From Bradymonadia bacterium (lineage in GTDB: Bacteria > Myxococcota_A > Bradymonadia > UBA7976 > UBA1532), in the NCBI GenBank assembly GCA_044376085.1, contig JBILLN010000004.1, forward strand, positions 36,076 through 100,075: a stretch of DNA of 64,000 nt, read 5' to 3'. The position numbers and the translations under genes were made by a program. A model generated the notes under the pieces. The model made no database searches, was not told where the DNA came from, and saw nothing but the letters and a program-made list of their open reading frames with translations. Positions 28,499 to 36,960 of this stretch are shown here, piece by piece (position 1 is the stretch's first letter; the number at the start of each line of letters is the position of its first letter).

Positions 28499-29097
28499 AA
28501 CGGCCTCGGGGCGCACGCCGGGCCCTGGCCCTGCTGCTCTTCGTCCCGTGGGCGTGCGGGGCCCCCCCCTCTCAGCCCTGGCGACCGCCGGCCGAGCATT
28601 CGGCGCGCTGGCCGACGACCCTCGAGGCCTGGACGCGCCGCGGCGAAGCCTACGAGGCCTTCGAGGGCCGTCTCTTCGTGACGGCAACCTGCCTCTCGCC
28701 AGCGCTCGCGAGCGGTCTCCTGCGAGAGCGCGCCCAACGGGAGGGCTGGCCGGGAGAACGGCTCGAATCGGCCCTTGCCGACCAGGCGCGGCAGGACGCC
28801 GCGCGCTTGACGTTCCTGGTGGGCGTGACGGCGCAGGACGCGCGGTGGGACGACGCAGCCCCCGGAGGCACGCTGGAGATGCACGTCCGGCTCGATGGGC
28901 AGCCGGCGGGCGCGGCGACGGTCGTCAAACTCGCCGACGATGCGATCGGGGACCTCGTCCCCTACTATCCCTGGATCACGCCTCTGCATTCGGTCTACAG
29001 GATCGAAGTCCCGGCCCGCGACGCCCCGGCGCGCGTCGACCTCGCGGTCGCCGGCCCGCCCGCTCGCGTGGAACTCGCCTGGGAGGTCGCACCGTGA
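28495..29097 (+). CDS. hypothetical lipoprotein
   Basis: GTGA overlaps on both sides; lipobox-like LALLLFVPWAC. Confidence 0.7.
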   Translation: MKRPRGARRALALLLFVPWACGAPPSQPWRPPAEHSARWPTTLEAWTRRGEAYEAFEGRLFVTATCLSPALASGLLRERAQREGWPGERLESALADQARQDAARLTFLVGVTAQDARWDDAAPGGTLEMHVRLDGQPAGAATVVKLADDAIGDLVPYYPWITPLHSVYRIEVPARDAPARVDLAVAGPPARVELAWEVAP

Positions 29098-29975
29098 ACT
29101 CAGCGGATCTCACGAGTTTCGACGGTACCCGCATTCACTACACCGTCGAAGGCGACGGCCCGCTCGACGTCCTCCTGTGCGACGGGATCGGCTGCGACGG
29201 CTACATCTGGCGCTATCTTCGGCCTCATCTCCGAGCTCGGGGGCGGGTCATCCACCCCCACATCCGCGGCCACGGCAAGAGCGGCGTGCCCGAGGACCTG
29301 ACGGTCGTGGGCATCGGAGACGTTGCCGGGGACTTTGCCCGGGTGCTCGACGCCGTGGGCAGCCAGCGGGTCGTGGTGATGGGGCACAGCATGGGAGTCC
29401 AGGTCGCGCTGGAGACCTGGAACCAGAACCGTTCGCGCGTCGCCGGCCTCGTGCTCATGTGCGGCAGCTACGGCCATCCGGCCTCGACGTTCCGGGACGG
29501 CCGCGCGATGCGATACGCGTTGCCCCTGCTGCGCGCCGGCGCTCGGGCCGGCGGCGAGACGCTCCGCCGCCTCTGGCGCACGGCCACGCCGACGCGGTTC
29601 TCGGCGCTGCTCGCACAGCTCACGGAACTCCACCCGGATTTTCTTCGTCCGCGGGACCTCGAACTCTACCTGGCGCACCTCGCCGAGATGGATCCGCAGG
29701 TCTTCTTCGAGATGCTGCACGCCGCCGAGGTGCATACCGCCTCGCCGTACCTCACGCAGATCGATGTTCCCGTGCTGGTCGTGGCCGGCGAGCTCGACCG
29801 GTTCACGCCCGCGTGGCTTTCGTCGGAGATCGCCCGCCGCATCCCGACGGCCGAGTTCCTGTGCGTTCGGGACGGCACCCACGCGTCGCCCGTCGAGCAG
29901 CCGACGGAGATCAACCTCCGGGTGGAGCGTTTCCTCGACGCGCATTTTCGCCGACGCGTCGATCAGTCGTCGTAG
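29094..29975 (+). CDS. alpha/beta fold hydrolase
   Basis: GTG 29094. Motifs SFDGTRIHY, RGHGKS, nucleophile elbow GHSMG, GELDRFTP and GTHASPVE. Confidence 0.92.
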   Translation: MNSADLTSFDGTRIHYTVEGDGPLDVLLCDGIGCDGYIWRYLRPHLRARGRVIHPHIRGHGKSGVPEDLTVVGIGDVAGDFARVLDAVGSQRVVVMGHSMGVQVALETWNQNRSRVAGLVLMCGSYGHPASTFRDGRAMRYALPLLRAGARAGGETLRRLWRTATPTRFSALLAQLTELHPDFLRPRDLELYLAHLAEMDPQVFFEMLHAAEVHTASPYLTQIDVPVLVVAGELDRFTPAWLSSEIARRIPTAEFLCVRDGTHASPVEQPTEINLRVERFLDAHFRRRVDQSS

Positions 29976-30364
29976 AAGATCGTGTCCCGCTGCCGTCGGA
30001 TGAACTGGTTGACCTGGTCCGTCACGGCGGGGGCGAGGTCGACGAACTGCACCCCCATCCCGGACGGGGCGTCTTCGGTCATGGGGCTGTGCTCGCGCAC
30101 CCAACGGACGATGCCGTAGATCGTGACCGGCTCGGCGCTCCCGCCGAGGCGGAACGAAAACTGAATCTTCGAGCCGAGCGGGAGAAGGCGGGACGTCGCG
30201 ATGAAGAGCCCCCCTTCCGAAATGTTCTGGGTGAAGCCCGTGTAGAAGTTGTGGTCGCTCTCGACGGTGACCTCGACTTCGAAGGGAACGCGGGCATGCC
30301 GCCGCTGGGGGGTGAAGTCGCGGCTGAGGGCGTCGGCTTTCGGGGCGGGGTTCGTGTCGCTCAT
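29963..30364 (-). CDS. TIGR02266-family PilZ domain protein
   Basis: RRHAR (RxxxR), NFYTGFTQNISEGGLFI, GIVRWVRE and GMGVQF. Confidence 0.92.
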   Translation of the reverse strand: MSDTNPAPKADALSRDFTPQRRHARVPFEVEVTVESDHNFYTGFTQNISEGGLFIATSRLLPLGSKIQFSFRLGGSAEPVTIYGIVRWVREHSPMTEDAPSGMGVQFVDLAPAVTDQVNQFIRRQRDTIFYDD

Positions 30365-30453
30365 GGGTTCGGCTACGGCGGTCGCACCGCCGGATTCCAA
30401 GGGGGGGTGACGATGTACCCCGGTGTATGGTGAAGCCCCCTCGGCGCGGGTGC

Positions 30454-31965
30454 TCAGTGGCTGAGGTCGATCTTGAACAACTGCTGGCCGAGCAGAATGA
30501 GGTCGTTCTGAGCCAGGATACCCTCGGCCTTCACCCGCAGGTAGGTCCCGTTCGTGCTGTCGAGATCGCGCAGGAAGAAACGCCCGTCCCGGGTGGTGAC
30601 CTTGCAGTGCGTCCCGCTGACGAAACCGTCGTCGGGGAACGTGAGCTCTCCGCGCTCGCGCCCCATGTGTTCTTCCGGCCGACGCAGGACCCAGACCGCG
30701 GCGGGGGTGCTGATGGCCACCACGGAGGCGAGCCGGCCCCAGGCCCCACGCACCGGTGAGCCCATGACGGTCGTGCCGTCCCCCGCACCGGGAAGAACCG
30801 GGCGGACCTGAGCCATCTCCTCGAACCGGAGCAGTTGTTGTCCGATGCGGAACATGTCCCCGTGGAACAGCTCGACCTCGGCCTTGATGCGCACGAAAAT
30901 GCCGTTGAGGCTGCCCTCGTCCCGGGCGAACAGCTGACCCTTGACGAAATAGAAGGTCGCGTGGCGCGGCGAGAGGAAGGGGTCCTCGGAGAAGATGGAC
31001 GAGGGATGCGAGCGCCCCACCGTCGTCTCACCCGTGCCGAGGGGGAACACGTCCCCCTCGGTGCCATCCGGGTGGATGACGATCAGACGGGCAGGCGCCT
31101 GAGAGGCGTCTTGAACGTTCGGGACGAAGACGTGGCCCGCTGGCCGTTGACGGGACTCGTACCGGGTGCCGCAGACCCCGCAGAACTTGAAACCCTCGGG
31201 GACGGCGGCGCCGCACGTCCCGCACAGCCTCGGATCGGGTGCGACGGCCGGGCCGGCGGGCGCAGCCGGTCCGTCGGCCGTCGGCTCGGGAGGAATGCCC
31301 TGCTCGAGCGCGGCGACGACGGCATCGGCGATCCCGGCGGACTCTCGGAGCGTGGGAGTCTCCATCTGGCCGGTGGTGACGAGCCCGCCCGGATCCTCGA
31401 CGGGTGCCGGCACCGAGGGCGCCGGTTGCGCGGCGGGCGGCGGGGTCGGACGCGCCTCCGGGACGATCACGGAGTCGACGAGCGCCGCGACGGGTCCCGG
31501 CAGGTCCGGCAGCGCGGTTTCACCGTCCATCGAGAGCTCGAACGGGAGGTCGCCGGCGTCCGGCGGCGGCGCAGCGGCGAGTGCCGCCGCGACGTCGGCC
31601 GCCGGAACGGTGAGCGTCGGCTCCGCGGCCTCCGGCGGCAGCTCCGCGGGCGCCGGGGTGGGGTCGAGCGCGGGCGCCGCAACCGGGGGCGGTGCCGTGC
31701 TCGGCGCAGGCCGGACCGGGGTCACGGGCGCCGAGACCGCCGGACGCACCGGAGCCACGGGGGGCGCGAACACGGGCGCCGGGGCCGGTGGAGCGGGCAC
31801 CGTCGCGACCCGCGGTGCGCCGATGGGGGATGGCGCGGGTCGGGCCGGGTGCGGCAACGCCGTGGGGGCGTCTGCCCGACCGACCTTGGACAGCTCCGTG
31901 CCGCACCCGAGGCAGAACTTGTAGTGGTCCTCGTTTTCGCGACTGCAGTTCGGACAGATGATCAC
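30454..31965 (-). CDS. double zinc-ribbon + tandem FHA domain protein
   Basis: CPNC..FCLGC, a Pro-rich linker, CGTC..FCGVC, then FHA motifs VGR..LSPRHA..SLNG and MGR..VSGTHC..STNGTY. Confidence 0.9.
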   Translation of the reverse strand: MIICPNCSRENEDHYKFCLGCGTELSKVGRADAPTALPHPARPAPSPIGAPRVATVPAPPAPAPVFAPPVAPVRPAVSAPVTPVRPAPSTAPPPVAAPALDPTPAPAELPPEAAEPTLTVPAADVAAALAAAPPPDAGDLPFELSMDGETALPDLPGPVAALVDSVIVPEARPTPPPAAQPAPSVPAPVEDPGGLVTTGQMETPTLRESAGIADAVVAALEQGIPPEPTADGPAAPAGPAVAPDPRLCGTCGAAVPEGFKFCGVCGTRYESRQRPAGHVFVPNVQDASQAPARLIVIHPDGTEGDVFPLGTGETTVGRSHPSSIFSEDPFLSPRHATFYFVKGQLFARDEGSLNGIFVRIKAEVELFHGDMFRIGQQLLRFEEMAQVRPVLPGAGDGTTVMGSPVRGAWGRLASVVAISTPAAVWVLRRPEEHMGRERGELTFPDDGFVSGTHCKVTTRDGRFFLRDLDSTNGTYLRVKAEGILAQNDLILLGQQLFKIDLSH

Positions 31966-31981
31966 GCGGCTGACCCCAACG

Positions 31982-32788
31982 TCACATCGTGGTGATTTCG
32001 ACTCGGAGAAGCTGGCGACCGAGGAACAGGTAGTCGCCGTGCACGAGTTCCCGCTGGCCCTTGATGCGCACGTACGTGCCATTCCGGGACTGCATGTCCG
32101 TCAACAGGGCCGTCGCGCCGCTGAAGTCCACGCGGCAATGACGCCCGCTGATGAAGCGGTCGTTCGGGAAGTTGATGTGGCAGTGCTCCCGCCCGATCGT
32201 GACCGTCTCCTCCCGCGGGAAACACACCAGGCCCGAGCGGCCCCCTTCGAAGAGCTGTACGATCCGGTGCGGCCGCGACGGTCGCGGACTGGCGAAGAAG
32301 TGCGTGTGGTCCGGACCGACGGTGTCACCACCGACGTCCCGGGTCTCGACGCGCAGGAGTTCCTCGCCGGCCAGGAAAACGTCGCCGTCTTCGAGCTCCG
32401 CCGGCTGCCGGATGCGGATGAAGATGCCGTTCAGCGCCCCTTCGTCCCGTACGAAAAGGCGACCCTGGTCGTAGAAGAAGTTCGCATGCCGGGGCGAGAG
32501 ATAGTTGTCCTCCGGAAAGAGGATCGCCCCGGCCTTGCGCCCGGCAATGTGCTCGGCGGCGTTGAGATGGTAGCTGACGCCGTCCATCCCCTCGCCCCGG
32601 ATCAGGATGAGCTTGGCCTTGCCGAGGGACTGCATGGCCCCGAAGAAGGCTGTCTTGACGGCGCCCGGATCGACCCCGGCCGCGGCCGCGGGGGCAGTGC
32701 CTTTCATGGCGTGGCCGCAGCGGCCGCAGAACCGATGCTCCTGCGGCACCTGGGCGTGACAGCTCGGGCAGACGATGAAATCCGACAT
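31982..32788 (-). CDS. zinc-ribbon + tandem FHA domain protein
   Basis: MSDFIVCPSC..FCGRC; FHA motifs AGR..LSPRHA..LNG and IGR..ISGRHC..SRNGTY; GGAG RBS. Confidence 0.9.
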   Translation of the reverse strand: MSDFIVCPSCHAQVPQEHRFCGRCGHAMKGTAPAAAAGVDPGAVKTAFFGAMQSLGKAKLILIRGEGMDGVSYHLNAAEHIAGRKAGAILFPEDNYLSPRHANFFYDQGRLFVRDEGALNGIFIRIRQPAELEDGDVFLAGEELLRVETRDVGGDTVGPDHTHFFASPRPSRPHRIVQLFEGGRSGLVCFPREETVTIGREHCHINFPNDRFISGRHCRVDFSGATALLTDMQSRNGTYVRIKGQRELVHGDYLFLGRQLLRVEITTM

Positions 32789-32827
32789 ACGGGCTCCGCG
32801 ACGACGAGGCCCGACTCTTATAAGTCG

Positions 32828-32845
32828 CCGGCACGACGGTCGCAA
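32828..32845 (+). promoter_or_regulatory. candidate sigma54 promoter for the acylase gene
   Basis: CCGGCACG-ACGG-TCGCAA with GG-N10-GC spacing, about 70 bp upstream of 32914. Confidence 0.4.
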
Positions 32846-32913
32846 GAATCGCGGCCCCCCGCGCCGTCCGGTTGTGGTAAGTCCACCGCCGAAGACCCTG
32901 CCGAGGAGCCGGT

Positions 32914-35900
32914 GTGATCGCGACGCGATGGTGGATCGGGACGAAGACGACGGCCGGGGCGGTGGCGCTCCTCCTGGGCGTGGCGTGTGACGACGAACGG
33001 ACGGTGACGGCGGTGCAGTCGCCGCGGGACACGGGCACGCCCCTCGATCTCGGTCCGCCGCCGGACGCCGAGACGCCCGTCGGCGGGGAAGCCGGCGGCG
33101 GCACGGCGTCGCCGCCCGACGCCGGCCCGTCGCCGGACGCCGACCGCTGCGAGCCGCCCGCACCGGGTGTGCCCGCGCCGCCGGAGGGGCGGTGTGCGGC
33201 CCTCGCGGCGCCCGGGGGGGAGGATCCGTTCGCCGACGTCCCCTGTGCCGCGCCGGTGCCCTTCGCCGGCCTCTCGGAGCCGGCCCAGGTGGTCTACACC
33301 GCGCTCGGCGTGCCGCACGTGTACGCCGCCTCGGTGGAGGACGCCCTGCGGCTCCAGGGCTATCTGGTGGCGCGCGATCGCTACTTTCAGATGGAGTTGA
33401 CCCGTCGCAATACGCTGGGCCTCCTGGGCGGGTGGCTCTCGGGCCTCGCCCTCGCCACGGACATCTCGAACCGGACCGCCGGGCAGGCGCTGGCGGCGCG
33501 GCGAACCTACGAGAGCGGCACCAGCCCCACGATGCGCGCGTGGTTCGAGGCGTACGCCGAGGGCGTGAACGCCTACATCGACCGCGTCGTCTCGGGCGCC
33601 GAGCCGCGTCCCCCCGAGTTCCTCATCCTCGGGGACATCATCACGCTGCAGACGACCGAAGAGCTCATGCCGCGCTGGACGGGACTCGACGTGGCCGCCG
33701 GGGCTGCGGCGATCTCCTACGCACTGGCGTTCGACGGCGAGGACCTCGGGCGAAGCCTGGCCCTCACGCGTGCCGACACGTTCGGAGACGGACTGCCCGA
33801 CGCGGCGCTGCGGCGCGAAGCCGCGAAGGCCGACCTCCTGGGGGACCTGCGCCCGGTCGTCGCGGTCGCGCAGACCGGCGGGGGGGCGGCGAAACCGGAC
33901 GCCTCGCCGCGGTCGGCCGAGGCCACGACCGATGGACTCGCGGTGCCGCCCGGACTGGAGCGGATGGCCGCGCGGCTGGATGCGAGGTTCCGCGCACGTC
34001 GGGGTCCCGGGGACCGGGGCAGCAATACGTGGGCCGTCGACGCGGCGCACGGCAACGGTGGCGCGGCCTACCTCGCCAGCGACCCCCACCTCGACCTGGG
34101 CGCGCCGACGTTCTTCTATCAGATGCACCTCGACACCACCCTGCTCAATCCGGACGAGACGGACCGGCTGCAGGCCGCGGGGGTCACGCTGCCGGGCACC
34201 CCGTTCGTCGTCATCGGCCACACCGACCGGCTCGCCTGGGGCATCACCAACCTGAACGCCGACGACACCGATTTCTACCTCGAGCGCGTCGTGGTCCAGA
34301 ACGGCCGGCCGGCCACGACGATCGCGCCGGGGGGCGCCGTCGCGCTCGTTCGAGCCGTCGACGAAAGGTACGACGTCGCCCGCGCCCCCCTCGCCGGCAT
34401 CCCGTCGGCGTTCCAGTGCACGATCCCCCGGTACGAAACGGCCGATGGCCGCATGCTCGTCGCCCTCGAGGGGACGCCGGTCGACGACGTCGACTGCACG
34501 GCGCCCCCGGCAGGCGCGGTGAATATCGACGGCGAGTGGCTCGTCCCCGGAGACGTGGACCAGGACGGCGTCATCTCAGGCATCAGCTTCGACTTCACCG
34601 GTCTGGACGCCAATCCGCTCGCCCACACCATCGAGGGTTACCTCCGCGCCCGGAACATCGACGATTTCATGGAAGCGCAGCGCCACTCCGGCGTCTTCAA
34701 CAATGCGCAGGCCGTCGCCGACGTGAACGGCGACGTCGCGACGACGGGCTTTCACGCCGTGCCGCGCCGCGCCTATCTGAGGGCGGAGGACGGACGCTTC
34801 GCCGAGGGCGGCGACCCGTCGTATCTCCTCGACGCCACTCGGTTTCCGGGCTTCGAGGTCACGCTCGACGCCGAGCTCCGGGTCGTCACGGACGATCCCG
34901 ATCCGCGCCGGCAGATGGTGCCGTTCGATGCCTGGCCCCGAAGCGTCCGGCCGACCCGCGGTTTCGTCGTCTCCGCCAACAACGAACTCGCCGGGGGGAC
35001 GTTCGACGGCGACCTCGGCAACGATGACCCGTACATCGGCTGGAACTTCGACATCGGCTTCCGGGCCGACCGCATCACGCGCCTGCTCGCCTCGGCCGTC
35101 GAGGCGCCCGCCGGGGTGGATTTCGCCGCCATGGCGGCCATTCAGAACGACCATCGCAGCAATTTCGCGGCACTGCTTCTCCCCCGACTGTCGAACGACG
35201 TGAGCGGGCTCGAGTGCGGCCATCCGCAGGCGACGGACGCGCTCGCCCGGCTGCGGTCCTGGGCGGACCGAGGCCTGCGAGCGGCCGCGGGGGTCGAGAC
35301 TTTCTACCATCCGGCGCTCGACCCCACCGAGGTCGACGACGCCGTCGCGACGACGATCTTCAATGGCTGGATGGCCTTCCTGCTGCGCGCGGTGCTCGAC
35401 GACGAGCGCCTCGACGGGGTGCATTGGAACGGCGGCGGAACGGATGGCCGCGCTCGCTTGCTGGCCCGTCTCGTGCTGGCCCCGGAGGCCATGGCCGGGT
35501 TCGAAGCGGCGCGTGCCGATCACGTGTACTGGGACGATACGAACACCCCTGCCGTCGAGACGCGGGGCGAGGTCCTGTGCGCTGCACTGGGGCGCAGCCT
35601 CGATCATCTCGCCGGTTCGGAGAACGGCGGGTTCGGAACCTCCGATCCGGACGCCTGGCGCTGGGGCCTGCGCCACACGGTCCGATTCGCCCACCCGTTC
35701 GACCCCATCCTGGGCGACGACCCCTCCCTCGGACCCGCGGCCCGCGCGTTTTCGATCTCACCCGAGACCCTGCCCCCGGTCGCCTGCGTCGAGCGGGACG
35801 ACCCGCGACTTTCGCTGCCCGGATTCCCGCGGCCCGGGGACAACTTCGGGGTCGATGCCAGCACGTCGGGCTGGAACCCCGCGGACCGGTCCTATGACAG

Positions 35901-36114
35901 CGGCCCGGTGCAGCGACTCGTGGTGCGGATCGAGGGCGGTCAGATCCGGGCCGAAGTCATCCTCCCGGGTGGCCAGTCGGCGAACCCGGAGAGCCCCCAC
36001 TGGGACGACCAGGCCCGGCTCTGGCTCGGCAACGAACGTCGCCCGATCCACTTCACCGTCGAGGACGTCGCCGCCCACGCCCGCTTCCGAACGGTCTTCG
36101 AACCTGCCCCCTGA
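32914..36114 (+). CDS. penicillin acylase family (S45 Ntn-hydrolase) lipoprotein
   Basis: Lipobox LLGVAC; motifs LGVPHVYA, QGYLVARDRYFQME, autocleavage GSNTWAV, LASDPHL, SANN and LPGGQS.NP.SPHWDDQ..LWL. Confidence 0.93.
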   Translation: MIATRWWIGTKTTAGAVALLLGVACDDERTVTAVQSPRDTGTPLDLGPPPDAETPVGGEAGGGTASPPDAGPSPDADRCEPPAPGVPAPPEGRCAALAAPGGEDPFADVPCAAPVPFAGLSEPAQVVYTALGVPHVYAASVEDALRLQGYLVARDRYFQMELTRRNTLGLLGGWLSGLALATDISNRTAGQALAARRTYESGTSPTMRAWFEAYAEGVNAYIDRVVSGAEPRPPEFLILGDIITLQTTEELMPRWTGLDVAAGAAAISYALAFDGEDLGRSLALTRADTFGDGLPDAALRREAAKADLLGDLRPVVAVAQTGGGAAKPDASPRSAEATTDGLAVPPGLERMAARLDARFRARRGPGDRGSNTWAVDAAHGNGGAAYLASDPHLDLGAPTFFYQMHLDTTLLNPDETDRLQAAGVTLPGTPFVVIGHTDRLAWGITNLNADDTDFYLERVVVQNGRPATTIAPGGAVALVRAVDERYDVARAPLAGIPSAFQCTIPRYETADGRMLVALEGTPVDDVDCTAPPAGAVNIDGEWLVPGDVDQDGVISGISFDFTGLDANPLAHTIEGYLRARNIDDFMEAQRHSGVFNNAQAVADVNGDVATTGFHAVPRRAYLRAEDGRFAEGGDPSYLLDATRFPGFEVTLDAELRVVTDDPDPRRQMVPFDAWPRSVRPTRGFVVSANNELAGGTFDGDLGNDDPYIGWNFDIGFRADRITRLLASAVEAPAGVDFAAMAAIQNDHRSNFAALLLPRLSNDVSGLECGHPQATDALARLRSWADRGLRAAAGVETFYHPALDPTEVDDAVATTIFNGWMAFLLRAVLDDERLDGVHWNGGGTDGRARLLARLVLAPEAMAGFEAARADHVYWDDTNTPAVETRGEVLCAALGRSLDHLAGSENGGFGTSDPDAWRWGLRHTVRFAHPFDPILGDDPSLGPAARAFSISPETLPPVACVERDDPRLSLPGFPRPGDNFGVDASTSGWNPADRSYDSGPVQRLVVRIEGGQIRAEVILPGGQSANPESPHWDDQARLWLGNERRPIHFTVEDVAAHARFRTVFEPAP

Positions 36115-36130
36115 ACGAGAGAAGGCAACC

Positions 36131-36952
36131 ATGTCGTCCGCACTCTTCCGTCGTTCCGTCCTGGCCGCCCTGCTCCTCGCCCCTGGACCGTCCGCCATGG
36201 CCGCACCGTCCAGGGCGGCCGAGGTCATCGACCTGCTCCACTTCCAGACGAACGACGCGGACGCCTGGGAGAGTCTCCACCGCCGCTCCGACGGCCTTCC
36301 GTTCACGCTCGACGAGATCGAGAAACTCACGGCCGCCGGCATCGCGGAGAAGACGCTGATCGAGATGGTCCGGACCCGCCGGTTGCTGGTCGTCGCGGAT
36401 GCCGACACGCTCGTGCGGCTGAAGAAGAAGGGCGCCACCGATGCCCTCGTGGCAGCGGTTTCCGCCTACGCGCTGCCCCCCAATCGCCACCTCGACCTCG
36501 CTTTCCAGGTGCAGGTCGCCACGCCGTACCAGGTCACCCAAGCGCCCTATCTCTACGTGGAAGTCGTTCACGTGGAGTCGAAGACCCAGGAGACCTTTCT
36601 GTTCGCGGACATGCGCCGCCTCCTGGCGAACAAGTGGCGCGTCGATGTCATCGAGGACCGCAGTGACCCCCTCCTGCCGAACCGCGTCCGGACGATTCGC
36701 CTCTGGGGCCATGCGCCCGCTCGCCGGGCGGGCCGACTCGAGATCCGCGCGCTGGTCTCGCAGCGCGCGGGCCTGACGACCCTCGACGGACTGCCGGAGA
36801 AGGAGAAGCAGAGCCTCCGGACCTGGCAGGTCGACTATCCGGGCGTCAGCCTTCAACAGGCGTGCGAAATGCAACTTCAGTTGAATCGGGACCCCGTCCT
36901 GAAGGATCTCTTCGCCATCGAACGGGCAGATTTCCGCTGCCGCTGGGATTGA
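36131..36952 (+). CDS. secreted hypothetical protein
   Basis: GAAGG RBS, signal peptide, and a duplicated helical motif LTAAGIAEKTLIEMV / LKKKGATDALVAAV. Confidence 0.75.
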   Translation: MSSALFRRSVLAALLLAPGPSAMAAPSRAAEVIDLLHFQTNDADAWESLHRRSDGLPFTLDEIEKLTAAGIAEKTLIEMVRTRRLLVVADADTLVRLKKKGATDALVAAVSAYALPPNRHLDLAFQVQVATPYQVTQAPYLYVEVVHVESKTQETFLFADMRRLLANKWRVDVIEDRSDPLLPNRVRTIRLWGHAPARRAGRLEIRALVSQRAGLTTLDGLPEKEKQSLRTWQVDYPGVSLQQACEMQLQLNRDPVLKDLFAIERADFRCRWD

Positions 36953-36960
36953 CCGCCTGC

